A DNA stretch of 64,000 nucleotides, taken from contig JAHLVW010000053.1 in the NCBI GenBank assembly GCA_019058275.1, positions 1 through 64,000 on the forward strand, given 5' to 3'. Position numbers and translations under genes: made by a program. The stretch is from Candidatus Heimdallarchaeota archaeon (GTDB lineage Archaea > Asgardarchaeota > Heimdallarchaeia > JABLTI01). The notes beneath the pieces are model-generated. The model was not told the DNA's origin and searched no databases. It saw only the letters and a list, made by a program, of their open reading frames with translations. Positions 1 to 9,804 of the stretch are shown here, piece by piece (position 1 is the stretch's first letter; each line of letters opens with the position of its first letter).

Positions 1-304
1 GTGTATCAGTTCCAAAAGGATATTTCAAGCTTGGTCGTTCATCAGCTCCTCCACCTCCGTATTTATCAAAAAGTGGTGCCAATGAGGTTGGGTAATCTGG
101 TGATATTACTGGAGCTAAGATTGCCAAAATAAAAACAACAAATATGACAAAGAACCCATATATAGCTAGTTTATTCTTTTGAAATCTTTTCCATACTACA
201 GACCAATGTGTAGGTGATTTTTCTACCGGAGCTTCATCACCAACTCTAATTAGATCTGCTGCACTTCTTTTTTTGGTTGGATCTGTTTCTGTTGAAGTCG
301 TCAT
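1..304 (-). CDS. Oligopeptide/dipeptide ABC permease OppC/DppC (5' part, runs off window edge)
   Basis: Own translation from ATG 304: MTTSTETDPTKKR...HWSVVWKRFQKNKLAIYGFFVIF...LAP...PSLKYPFGTD; matches OppC N-terminal 'RF.KNKLA' and 'P.GTD' motifs; follows the OppB-like gene. Confidence 0.9.
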   Translation of the reverse strand, partial: MTTSTETDPTKKRSAADLIRVGDEAPVEKSPTHWSVVWKRFQKNKLAIYGFFVIFVVFILAILAPVISPDYPTSLAPLFDKYGGGGADERPSLKYPFGTDT

Positions 305-322
305 ATTTCATTTCCTCCATAT

Positions 323-1444
323 TTAAAGTTCAATTCTCGGATCTACCCATACATATGCAACATCCGTTATTAGATTAGCAATCAAAATCATAAGAGTAAT
401 AATCATACTAATAGCCATAATTAATGGATGATCTAATCTCAGAATATACTGAACGAATTTTGCTCCAAGACCGGGATATGAAAAGACAGTTTCAGTTATT
501 GGTGTTCCCGCTAATACAGCTCCCATAAATAACCCAATGTAAGTTACTACAGGAAGTAAAGCATTTCTTAAACCATGACTAATTAACACAGCCCTTTCTG
601 ATAATCCGTTTGCACGCGCTGCAAGAATGTAATCTTGTCTTAGTATTTCTAGCATGTTTCCACGAACAAGTCTTGTGAATAAAGCAAGGCTAGCAAAGAC
701 TAGAGTGCCTACAGGTAAAACCATATACCAAATAGTATCACCCATGTACGTGAAAAATGTGCCAAAGAACGTTCCAATATTACCATTCCACAAGGAACCC
801 CAATCAATTGGCAGAACGCTTGTACTATGAGCTTTGCCAGCAGGGAACCAATCCAGATTTCTGCCTGCGAATATGAAAATTAAAAGATTTCCAAAAACGA
901 AGATGGGCATAGATAATCCTAACAAAGCTAATGCACTTACACCTGAATCTATCCAGGTATTTTGGAATTTAGCAGCTAATACTCCTAATATAATTGAGAT
1001 AATTAGTGAAATTAAGAACTGAGTTATTTGAAGCTTTAATGTTTCGGTTAGATATGAACCGATTTCTTCTATGACTGGTGCTCTACTAAAGAAAGTCGTT
1101 CCCATATCAAATCTTACAAAACCCCAAAGCCAAATAAGATATTGTTGTACTGGGGGCTTAGCTAAACCTAAGGATTCTCGCAATCTATCAATGTCAACTT
1201 GAGTAATGTGGGGATTTTGCTGAACTAAATATGCCAGAGGATCACCGATCATATACATCAATGCAAATGTAATAACAGAAATACCAACAAATAATGGAAT
1301 AATTGTTAGAACTCTTCTAAAGCTGTAAACTAGCACTCTATTACTAGCTAAACCTCTAAACCAAAATCCGATATTCTCACCCAAACTTGTGACTCTACCA
1401 GGTGGAGTCTCATCGACTAATTCAACAGCTTGTACTTCTGACAT
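323..1444 (-). CDS. Oligopeptide/dipeptide ABC permease OppB/DppB
   Basis: RRVL..IP, GDP, EAA loop 'QDYILAARANGL', 'HGLRNALLP', 'ETVFSYPGLG', C-terminal DPRI. Confidence 0.93.
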   Translation of the reverse strand: MSEVQAVELVDETPPGRVTSLGENIGFWFRGLASNRVLVYSFRRVLTIIPLFVGISVITFALMYMIGDPLAYLVQQNPHITQVDIDRLRESLGLAKPPVQQYLIWLWGFVRFDMGTTFFSRAPVIEEIGSYLTETLKLQITQFLISLIISIILGVLAAKFQNTWIDSGVSALALLGLSMPIFVFGNLLIFIFAGRNLDWFPAGKAHSTSVLPIDWGSLWNGNIGTFFGTFFTYMGDTIWYMVLPVGTLVFASLALFTRLVRGNMLEILRQDYILAARANGLSERAVLISHGLRNALLPVVTYIGLFMGAVLAGTPITETVFSYPGLGAKFVQYILRLDHPLIMAISMIITLMILIANLITDVAYVWVDPRIEL

Positions 1445-1633
1445 TCAGTTTTCAGCTCCAAATTTATAAGTTGGACTAAATATAACATATGCTTTGATTA
1501 TATATTGGTTCCTACAAATATCAAAGTTATCTTAATTCTGCTTATTAGTAGTATTTATAGATTCCTTCCAGTTAAAAATGTTAAAAATTAGTAAGAATAA
1601 AAGTTTTGGAAAAGAAAGGGAAGCGAAAAAAGT

Positions 1634-2608
1634 TTATGTGATAACCATACCACAGTTTTTACAAACTTGTGAACCCTTTTCTACTAAAGCTCCACAAACT
1701 GAACATGTTAAAACTTTCTTGACTTCATAAAGTTCATCATTTGGAATACTTAAGTGAATTTGTTGTCCAACTATTTTTGCTTTGAAACTTCGAGGACTTC
1801 CTAATGCCTTCATCATATCTTCGGGAATTGCTACTCTATGCTGATTATCAACTGCTAAATTCCTTGTCTCTGCTAAACTTCTCAAACGAATACTGCTACT
1901 GTGAGTTGCATGAATGATTCCATCTTTAATTTCTATAATTCTTTCAGCTCGAGAAGCTACTTGCTGTGCATGAGTGGCCAAAAGTAAAGCAACATCTAAT
2001 TCTCTATTTATATCATCTAATACATCCAGAATTTGTTCGCTGGTTAAAGGATCTAATGAAGCGGTTACTTCATCAGCAATGATAAGTTTAGGATTGGTTA
2101 TTAAAGCTGCTGCTAAGGCAACCCTTTGACGTTCTCCACCAGAGAGCATACCAGGACGATGTTTCTTACGATCCCCTAAACCAACAAGATCAATTAGCAT
2201 CTTAGCTCTATCATCGATTTCTTTTGAATCCATTCCAGCAAGATAACCTCCCAATTTAACATTCTGGGTAACATTAAGATGAGAAATTAGTTTTGTTTCT
2301 TGAAAGACTAAACCAGCAAATTGCCGTCTTGCTCTTACAATTTGCTCAGATGATAATCGAGAAATATCTCTTGATATACCAGACCAGAAAATCTTCCCAG
2401 AAGTTGGAGGTAGTATGCCTGCAGAAATATTAACCAAAGTAGTCTTCCCTGCACCAGAGGGGCCAATTAATGCTACTTTCTCACCAGGATAAATAGATAA
2501 CGAAACACCCCTCAAAGCTGCTGTTTCAGTTTTTTCACTCTGATATATTTTGTAAACTTCTTCAATATTTAGAATTGGCATTTCAATAGCTGATTTTGAT
2601 GCAGTCAT
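1634..2608 (-). CDS. LolD/MacB-type ABC ATPase with C-terminal AbrB-like domain and zinc ribbon
   Basis: Walker A GPSGAGKT, LSGGERQR, 'ADEVTASLD'; extension 'VDNQHRVAIPEDMMKALG' and CSVC...CKNC. Confidence 0.85.
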   Translation of the reverse strand: MTASKSAIEMPILNIEEVYKIYQSEKTETAALRGVSLSIYPGEKVALIGPSGAGKTTLVNISAGILPPTSGKIFWSGISRDISRLSSEQIVRARRQFAGLVFQETKLISHLNVTQNVKLGGYLAGMDSKEIDDRAKMLIDLVGLGDRKKHRPGMLSGGERQRVALAAALITNPKLIIADEVTASLDPLTSEQILDVLDDINRELDVALLLATHAQQVASRAERIIEIKDGIIHATHSSSIRLRSLAETRNLAVDNQHRVAIPEDMMKALGSPRSFKAKIVGQQIHLSIPNDELYEVKKVLTCSVCGALVEKGSQVCKNCGMVIT

Positions 2609-2851
2609 TTCATCCCATCTATTATATTGTTTACGAATATTTACTTTTCTCGTCTACATAAGAGTAAATTCTCTCTTAAGTTTAAACATGAATAGTTATT
2701 TAAATCATTCAATAAAATTGATTTTCTTTAGAAAATGATTGTTCAAACAATTCTAAAAGATAATGCATCGAAAAAACCCTCTTATTTATATAAGATAATT
2801 AAATCCGAGATGAGAGAAAATATTAAAAGGGTTAAATGGTAAAACGATTCT

Positions 2852-3823
2852 ATGAGCACTATGAACGAGACAAAACCAGTTGAAGCAGATAATGCTGAAG
2901 AAGTTGAATCCCGTATAGTAAAAGCTTGGAAAGAAGCAAGAAAATTCCCAGCTAAAAGAATGGTAGACTATTTAGGTCCAACGGGAATCTGGATTTTTGC
3001 ATATTACTTCTCATCCTTGTTTATAATGATAGTATTAAACATAGCAAGATTAGGCTGGTCGCTTGAGGCTATATTCTCAGCTCCAACATATTTTGCACAA
3101 ATTTTCCTAAATTATGGATTAAATTCAGGAAAAGTAATTGCTGATCCATTAGATACAGAAAATGATTTTTACTATCAAAAAATAGACTTTGAAAATGCTT
3201 TAACTTCAGCTTCATGGATATCTGCACCATTTATAATTTATGTGCTCGGATTATTAATTGCTATTCTGCCAGGTTCAGGATTCCCACAACCTATTGGCGA
3301 TTATGATTATCTTGTAAACTTCCGATATTTCCATCATTTCGTTCCATTCTTGACAGAAAGGGCAAATGGAACAAAAGGCGGAGGATTTTATTTCCTTATA
3401 GCATGGTTACCAATTATTATGTCAGTCCTAATTAGTGCATTTGTTGCAAAAAGAGTGTTTTCAGGAGAAGAAGATCAAACAAGAAATGTTAATGTTCTTA
3501 AAATAATGCTGTTTAATTTACTTATAGGATTTATTATAGGAATGCAGATGGGCACATTGACTGGTACTGTAATGTTTAGGTTCGGGGGAGCGTTAAAATC
3601 AATATTCACAAGTTCATATGATAATGAAGGATACTTCTTTGATGGTCAATACAATCCAAATACCATTTTAGTTATATCTTGGTTTATTAATTTCATTCCT
3701 ATGAGTTTAGCTGCTTTATGGCATATAATCTATTCACCATTAGAAGATGCAATAATCAAAGGAGCAAATAATTCTGGAAAATGGATTAACTCAAAAAGGA
3801 AGAAAGAAGCTCCAGGAAAATAA
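2852..3823 (+). CDS. Hypothetical multi-pass membrane protein
   Basis: 323 aa ORF with about 5-6 hydrophobic segments. Confidence 0.75.
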   Translation: MSTMNETKPVEADNAEEVESRIVKAWKEARKFPAKRMVDYLGPTGIWIFAYYFSSLFIMIVLNIARLGWSLEAIFSAPTYFAQIFLNYGLNSGKVIADPLDTENDFYYQKIDFENALTSASWISAPFIIYVLGLLIAILPGSGFPQPIGDYDYLVNFRYFHHFVPFLTERANGTKGGGFYFLIAWLPIIMSVLISAFVAKRVFSGEEDQTRNVNVLKIMLFNLLIGFIIGMQMGTLTGTVMFRFGGALKSIFTSSYDNEGYFFDGQYNPNTILVISWFINFIPMSLAALWHIIYSPLEDAIIKGANNSGKWINSKRKKEAPGK

Positions 3824-3840
3824 ATAAAATACAAATGTAA

Positions 3841-3928
3841 GATAGCGAATCATTCCGCTATCACCTATTTTTGTAAAAAATAAATACAAGTATAACTAGT
3901 TAATTCAAGTTATTCCCAACTAGCTATA
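3841..3928. terminator. Two hairpins between convergent genes (putative terminators)
   Basis: GATAGCG/CGCTATC stem (3841-3862) followed by a T-rich tract; TATAACTAGTT/AACTAGCTATA near-perfect inverted repeat (3891-3928). Confidence 0.5.
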
Positions 3929-3942
3929 CTGAATGTCAAATT

Positions 3943-5451
3943 TCAATACCTTTTAGCTAAAACAGATTGATGTCCTTTTGATTGACAAACGATACATAAT
4001 CGTTGTATGGTTTTTGATTCATGGTCATAGCCAAGTAAACTGAAATTAGTTTTGCTCTCGATTTTTTCAGCACATACCTTTCTACCACACCAATTTATCA
4101 GATAGATTCGATCAGTCTCCAGTAGTAAATGATCAAATGCTTCTGTTATCGTTTTATAGCATGTAAGATCTATTTGTCGTTCAATGAAGTCTTTAAAAAC
4201 AATGTCTTGCTGCGTTTTCCTTATTTGTTTTAGCAACTTCTTTATTTCTCTCTTAAGATTCTTCGTATCTAAATTGAAAATTAATTTCTGGAAGGTATCT
4301 CTTCTAATAATAGTCATTTCCTTATTTTGGTATTCTCTTTGACCTACTTCAATTCGCAAAGGATAGCCAAAGCGTTCTGAACGATAGAATTTATTTCCAG
4401 GTCTTGTTATTTCATTATCATCTAGTTCCACAGTAAAGCCAAAAGTTGAAAGGTGTTTTTGGACTTTCCTAGCATAAGATAAGATTGCATTTCTATTTTT
4501 GCGATTAAATATTGGAATTATTATGAAATTTTTAGGAGCGATACCAGGTAGTAGTTTCAATCCACGATCGTCACCATATAATGCAATTAACGATGCAATA
4601 ATTCGGTCAATTGAAGGACCATAACAGAGTAAATGAGCTAGTTGTTTTGTCTTTTGCTCATCTAAGTATTCTATGCTAAAGATTTCACTAAACGTTGTTC
4701 CAAGGTAAGCAGTAGTGAATAGCTACATTGATTTACTTCCAGGCAGAACCACATATCCATCAATAGTTTTAGTAGAACCAGCAAAACGTTCCCATTCAGG
4801 AACTTCGATTAATTTGACTGGTATTCCTAAATCGTTGAATAATTTCATATAGAATTTCCAAACTTGTTTTAGAAATTCTAAAGCAGCTTCCTTAGTTGCA
4901 AATGCAGAATGACCTTCAATAAATCCAATAGTTTCTCTATTTCTAATTAGAGGTCGTGTTTCATTTGTTTCACAACGAAATATGCTTACATTTTGAAAAA
5001 CCTCCATAGGCAAGTCTCGCCAACTTCGAATCCATTTGTTAAACATAGGATAGATAATAAGCTCAGATGTAGGACGAAGAGCTAAGCGTTCGCCTTTTGC
5101 TAACGCTTTCGTGCCTTCACGATCAACCCAGAAAACATCGTTTTCAAAATTACGTATGAAATCAGTTTCTTTAAGAAAAATCTCCTCTTTAATAAGTGTA
5201 GGAAATTGCATTTGGTTATGCCCTGATTGCTCATAAGCATCTTGTGCTAAGGAATAAATATTCCTAAAAATTTTGTAGCCCCAGTCTAACCAGACATAAC
5301 TACCTTTGACACTATATCTAGTGTCCACTATTCTTGCTTCTTGAAGAATCCAGAGAAACCATTGCCAGAAATTATTTTCCTTGCTAACAATCTCTTTCAC
5401 TTCATTTTTGTTATTCTTCTCCGTAGATTGGTTATTACGGAACACATTCAC
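3943..5451 (-). pseudogene. proS: Archaeal-type prolyl-tRNA synthetase, single frame interrupted by TAG at 4723-4725
   Basis: LRPTSE, motif 2 FRCET...RPLIRNRE; reads through as PGSKSM*LFTTAYLG...CYGPSIDRIIASLIALYGDDRGL; anticodon domain 'PGNKFY...G.PLRIEVG'; C-terminal Zn WCG..C/CIVC. Confidence 0.88.
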
Positions 5452-5640
5452 CTTGTTTCAAAAGTATTTTTTCCTCCAAAAAAATATTGAGAGAATGTGA
5501 GTCATTGTTTGAAAGACAATAACAATGAATCCACTTTCCTTTGTTGAAAAACAAACAATCGTAAAGATTATCTCGGAAAGTGATATCTTGCCATTGTAAT
5601 GACCTAACATGTAGTCTGATTCATTCCTATAAATACTTTT
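5452..5640 (-). promoter_or_regulatory. Putative promoter and structured 5' leader of proS
   Basis: TATA-like TTTATA near 5628-5633 (minus); stems CACTTTCC/GGAAAGTG, TTTGTT/AACAAA, TCATTGTT/AACAATGA; GGAGG in the loop of an A/U stem. Confidence 0.55.
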
Positions 5641-5697
5641 GTTCTATTCGTTAGAAAAAAAACAAATATAATTATTACAAGTTACTAAATGATATTA

Positions 5698-6540
5698 ATG
5701 ACTCGACCTCGTTGGTTTATTGAATTACTAAAAAAATCATTTGCAAGTCGATTCATTTTGGCAAAGCTAACTCAAATTCCAGGTTTTAGGTATGTCATTA
5801 ATAAATTGCTATTCGAAGATGATATACTCATTTACATTCCGAATGATGATATAGTAAAAAACGGATAGACAAAGAACATCAAGATTGACAAAAAAATCCT
5901 TCAAAATGAAGATATACTCGTGCCATCTCAAATAATTGACAAGTTCATAGAACAAGGAAAATATCTTTGGCAAATGAATTTTTGTTTGTGTAGAGAATCA
6001 AACAAATGTTCGAGTTATTCTCGAGATAAAGGATGTTTGTTTATTGGAGAAGCTGTTTTGCAAATTGATCCTTCATATGGAAAATTAGTGACTAAAAATG
6101 AAGCTAGAGAATATATTAAGCAATGTAGAGAAGAGGGACTAATCCAGCTAATTGGTAGAAATAAATTAGACAAACAATGGTTAGATGTAAAACCAGAACA
6201 CAAACTTTTGACAATTTGTAATTGTTGTGAGTGTTGCTGTCTATGGAAAATGCTTCCTAATCTTGACCTAAAAATAAGTTGAAATATTACCAGAATGCCA
6301 GGTATAAAAATCACTGTTTCAGAGAAGTGTATTGGTTGTGGTGATTGCCAACAAGACATTTGTTTTATAAATGCTATCTCAATGAAAAATGGTAAAGCTG
6401 TAATCAATGAAACCATTTGTCGAGGATGTGGTCGTTGTATAAATGTCTGCAAACAGAAAGCTATCGAACTTACAATATTTGATCCAGAATTTCTAAATGA
6501 GTCGTTAAGAAGAATATCTTCTGCAGTAGAAGTGGATTAA
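5698..6540 (+). pseudogene. 4Fe-4S ferredoxin-domain protein (CxCR...ICxCCxCCC family) with in-frame TAG (5866-5868) and TGA (6280-6282)
   Basis: One continuous frame from ATG 5698 (MTRPRWFIELLKK) through CLCRE, ICNCCECCC and two CxxCxxC motifs; the listed ORFs 5920-6282 and 6295-6540 are in this frame. Confidence 0.85.
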
Positions 6541-6612
6541 TTTTTAATCTTAGAAATTCTTTTTTGTTATAAAGAATAAAAGAAAATAGATTGAATTTAA
6601 GGAGATATAATT

Positions 6613-7809
6613 TTGGTTTTAATAAAAATTTCAGAAAAGAAACATAAAGAAAGAATAGAGAGAGTTAGATCTACTCTCGAGAGTAAAAATTTGAAAGGTA
6701 TGATCTTTTTCAATACCAGAAGCATCTTTTACCTTGTTGGTTTTCATCACATCCCTACTGAAAGACCAATTGCATTAACTTTGCCAACAAACGGAGAACT
6801 AAGCCTATTTGTTCCTGAATTAGAAGTAAATCATGTTAGAGATCATGTTCCACTTGTTCCGGATGTTTTCAATTATTTTGAATATCCAGATGTAATTCAT
6901 CCAATGAAGGTATTTGCTAAGGGATTAGAAGAACGAAAGCTTGCTAACAAACCAATTGCTGCAGATGCTCCAGGAGCCCCTAGTTATTGGGGTTATCAAG
7001 GACCAATGCTTCAAGAAATCATTCCTAAAGCAAAGATTACGATACTAAATGAATTGATTATGGATATGCGAGTAATCAAAGATGAAGAAGAGATTGCTTT
7101 AATCACTGAAAGTTGTAAATGGGGTAATCTTGCACACCAGCTTTTACAAGAATACACCTATGTTGGAGCATCAGAAATTGAAGTTGTAAATGAGGTTAAC
7201 TCAGAAGCTTCAAGGATTATGTTAAAAACTCTTGGATCTTCCTTTAAACCATTAGGAGGGGCAATCTCAGCTGCAGCTGGATATAGAGGACAAATTGGTG
7301 CTGGATCAGCAATACCACATGCTGCAACAGGAAATAATTTCTTCAAAAAAGGTGATACATTAGTTACTGGAGCAGGTGCCAATATGAATGGATACAGAAG
7401 TGAGCTTGAACGAACAATGTTCATGGGTGAACCATCTAAGAAACAGGAAAAGTACTTTAGCATAATGTACAAAGCACAGACAGCAGCTATTGAAGCCTTT
7501 GGACCAAATGTTAAGAATGCTGATGTAGATAAAGCTGCCAGGCAGGTTTTCAAGGATGAAGGAGTTTGGGAGCTAGTTCAACACCACACTGGTCATGCAA
7601 TAGGAATGGAAGGACATGAACGACCATTTCTTGACATTGGATCAAAAGTAGTAATGAAACCAGGAATGGTCCTTACAGTTGAACCTGGTATTTATATTCA
7701 TGATTTTGCAGGATTCAGACATTCTGACACTGTTCTAATTAGAGAAGATGACAGTGAAATGCTGACTTATTATCCACGAGAAATTGAAGATTTAATTATT
7801 GATCAATAA
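6613..7809 (+). CDS. M24-family Xaa-Pro peptidase / creatinase-like hydrolase
   Basis: Creatinase N-terminal domain, 'MRVIKDEEEI', 'HHTGHAIGMEGHE', 'EPGIY'. Confidence 0.88.
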   Translation: MVLIKISEKKHKERIERVRSTLESKNLKGMIFFNTRSIFYLVGFHHIPTERPIALTLPTNGELSLFVPELEVNHVRDHVPLVPDVFNYFEYPDVIHPMKVFAKGLEERKLANKPIAADAPGAPSYWGYQGPMLQEIIPKAKITILNELIMDMRVIKDEEEIALITESCKWGNLAHQLLQEYTYVGASEIEVVNEVNSEASRIMLKTLGSSFKPLGGAISAAAGYRGQIGAGSAIPHAATGNNFFKKGDTLVTGAGANMNGYRSELERTMFMGEPSKKQEKYFSIMYKAQTAAIEAFGPNVKNADVDKAARQVFKDEGVWELVQHHTGHAIGMEGHERPFLDIGSKVVMKPGMVLTVEPGIYIHDFAGFRHSDTVLIREDDSEMLTYYPREIEDLIIDQ

Positions 7810-7816
7810 GCAATTC

Positions 7817-7840
7817 AAACCGTCTTTAGGGATGGTTTTT
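7817..7840. terminator. Hairpin between convergent genes
   Basis: AAACCGTC...GATGGTTT stem with G-U pairs and trailing Ts. Confidence 0.45.
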
Positions 7841-8822
7841 ACGATTTTTGAGCAATTATTAATCCACCAATAATTAGTACTCCACCTAAAGCGAAAAACC
7901 AAGTTATGAGTTCACCCATTGCTAATGTGAATAAAGTAGCTATAATAGGAATCAGAAATTGGAAAACACTTGCTTTCTGAACTGAAATTCTTCTTATAGT
8001 TTCAAACCACAGAGTAAAAGCTATTGCAGTAGGAACAATACCCATGAAGAGAATTGTAATGTAATGATAGTATTTAGCTGTACTGCTAAACCAACCATAA
8101 ACTGAAAACATTACAATTGTTAGAATTACTGCACTAATACCTAAAGTCCATGTTGTAGTTGTAATTGGATCTCTTTCTTTGAGGAATTTCTTTAAGCAAA
8201 CAGAATAAGCAGCCCAAGCAAATCCTGACAAGAATGCTAATAAACTTCCAATAAGCTCAGCAGGTGAGAATGTTGTTTTAATCTGATCTATAGGAATAGC
8301 AATAAAGAAAACGCCTGCAAATGCGATAAAAACTCCTAAAGCTCCCCACCATTTATGACGTTCCTTTAATACGAGAATTGACAAAACAAAGGTAATTATT
8401 GGATTAACGTTTAGTAGAAAGGAGGAAGCATTGGCATTAATCATTGTTACAGAATACATTTGAAATAAAACAAAAGATGTTAGTATTAATGATGCGATAA
8501 TTAGATGAATGTATTTTTCTTTGAAATCTAAAATTAACTGTTTACCTCTTTTTGTTGCTAAACAAACAATAACTAGAGTTAATGCTGCAGGTAGATAACG
8601 TAAAGCGCTGATTTGTATTGGTTCAAGATCTGTTGTATTATCGATGTATTTACCAATAACATTCGGTGTAGCCCAAGCTACTATTATAACAATAAGCATT
8701 AAGATAACTTGCCATGTGAACTCTTTTGCAGGTTCTATTGGTAAGTCTAATTTTTCCTGAGGTATGGCACTTTCAGTTATTTCTTCTGCGTTACTAGTAA
8801 TTGTTTCCAAATTCTCACTCAA
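7839..8822 (-). CDS. DMT/EamA family transporter
   Basis: About 10 TM helices, two EamA repeats, 'LKER', 'WAAYS'. Confidence 0.88.
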   Translation of the reverse strand: MSENLETITSNAEEITESAIPQEKLDLPIEPAKEFTWQVILMLIVIIVAWATPNVIGKYIDNTTDLEPIQISALRYLPAALTLVIVCLATKRGKQLILDFKEKYIHLIIASLILTSFVLFQMYSVTMINANASSFLLNVNPIITFVLSILVLKERHKWWGALGVFIAFAGVFFIAIPIDQIKTTFSPAELIGSLLAFLSGFAWAAYSVCLKKFLKERDPITTTTWTLGISAVILTIVMFSVYGWFSSTAKYYHYITILFMGIVPTAIAFTLWFETIRRISVQKASVFQFLIPIIATLFTLAMGELITWFFALGGVLIIGGLIIAQKS

Positions 8823-8918
8823 TTAAAATCATCCTTTGAGCATTTACAATAGATTCATAATTTAAAAAGATAGATGATTAACATAGAGTATCTATTCAAA
8901 TGTTTTGAGGTTATTATA

Positions 8919-9677
8919 ATGACCTATATTGATTGTCATTTCCATTTCGCTGATAAGTACTTCTACAAAAGAGTTGATGAGCTTGTAAAAGACTGGCTCA
9001 AATTAGATATTAACAAAATTGTTACAGTAGCAACAAATCTGAAGGAGTCGCATCGAAATATAGAATTAGCAAAGAAATATCCAAATATAATTTTTGCTGG
9101 TATTGGCAGACATCCATGGGGAGCTCATAAATTTAGTGAAGAAGAGTTATTCATATGCAAAGGTTTAGCTCAAAAACAAGAAGTATCAATTATTGGTGAA
9201 GTTGGTTTAGATCATTATTTTATTAAGGATAAAGATAGATGGAAAAGACAAGTAACAGTTCTTGAACAATTTATACAAATGGCAAATCACAATAAAAAAT
9301 CCTTAATGTTACATTTGACTGGTGCAGAAGAAGAAATTTATCAAATATTGACTTCATCAAAGCTTGAAGTTAATTTTTGTTGCCATTGGTATTCTGGTTC
9401 TACAAAAATTCTAAAGAAACTTAGCGATTTAGGAAGTTATTTTACAGTAAATCCAGCTTTTCTTAGAAGTAAAAAACACAAGAAGGTCTTGGAATTGGTA
9501 GATAAAGCTTATTTACTAACTGAATCAGATGGACCTGTAAAATTCAAAGGTGAACCTGGAACTCCGGTATTAATACCAATGCTTTGTGAGGTAATAGCAA
9601 AAGAAATCAAAATACCTATTGAGGAACTAAATACTATAATGCAAACTAATTTTCTGAAATATATTAAGAACCAGTAA
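8919..9677 (+). CDS. tatD: TatD family nuclease
   Basis: IDCHFH, GRHPW, IGEVGLD, HWYSG, LTESDGP; likely start MTYIDCH (the ORF track starts at 8874). Confidence 0.9.
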   Translation: MTYIDCHFHFADKYFYKRVDELVKDWLKLDINKIVTVATNLKESHRNIELAKKYPNIIFAGIGRHPWGAHKFSEEELFICKGLAQKQEVSIIGEVGLDHYFIKDKDRWKRQVTVLEQFIQMANHNKKSLMLHLTGAEEEIYQILTSSKLEVNFCCHWYSGSTKILKKLSDLGSYFTVNPAFLRSKKHKKVLELVDKAYLLTESDGPVKFKGEPGTPVLIPMLCEVIAKEIKIPIEELNTIMQTNFLKYIKNQ

Positions 9678-9804
9678 ATTGTTCTTGCCCTCATCAAAAA
9701 TCTTTTCAATAAAAATCAAAATTATTGTTAATGTACCCAATTGACAGAATTCTTTCTAGAGATGAAACATAAGTCATTTGTAAAACTCGAAACTATCATT
9801 ATAG

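Noticed and set aside
5499-5582. proS leader as a tRNA, T-box or hammerhead
   Set aside because: No T-loop/D-loop consensus or NGG anticodon loop, no UGGNACC T-box bulge, no CUGANGA/GAAA core; kept only as an unclassified structure
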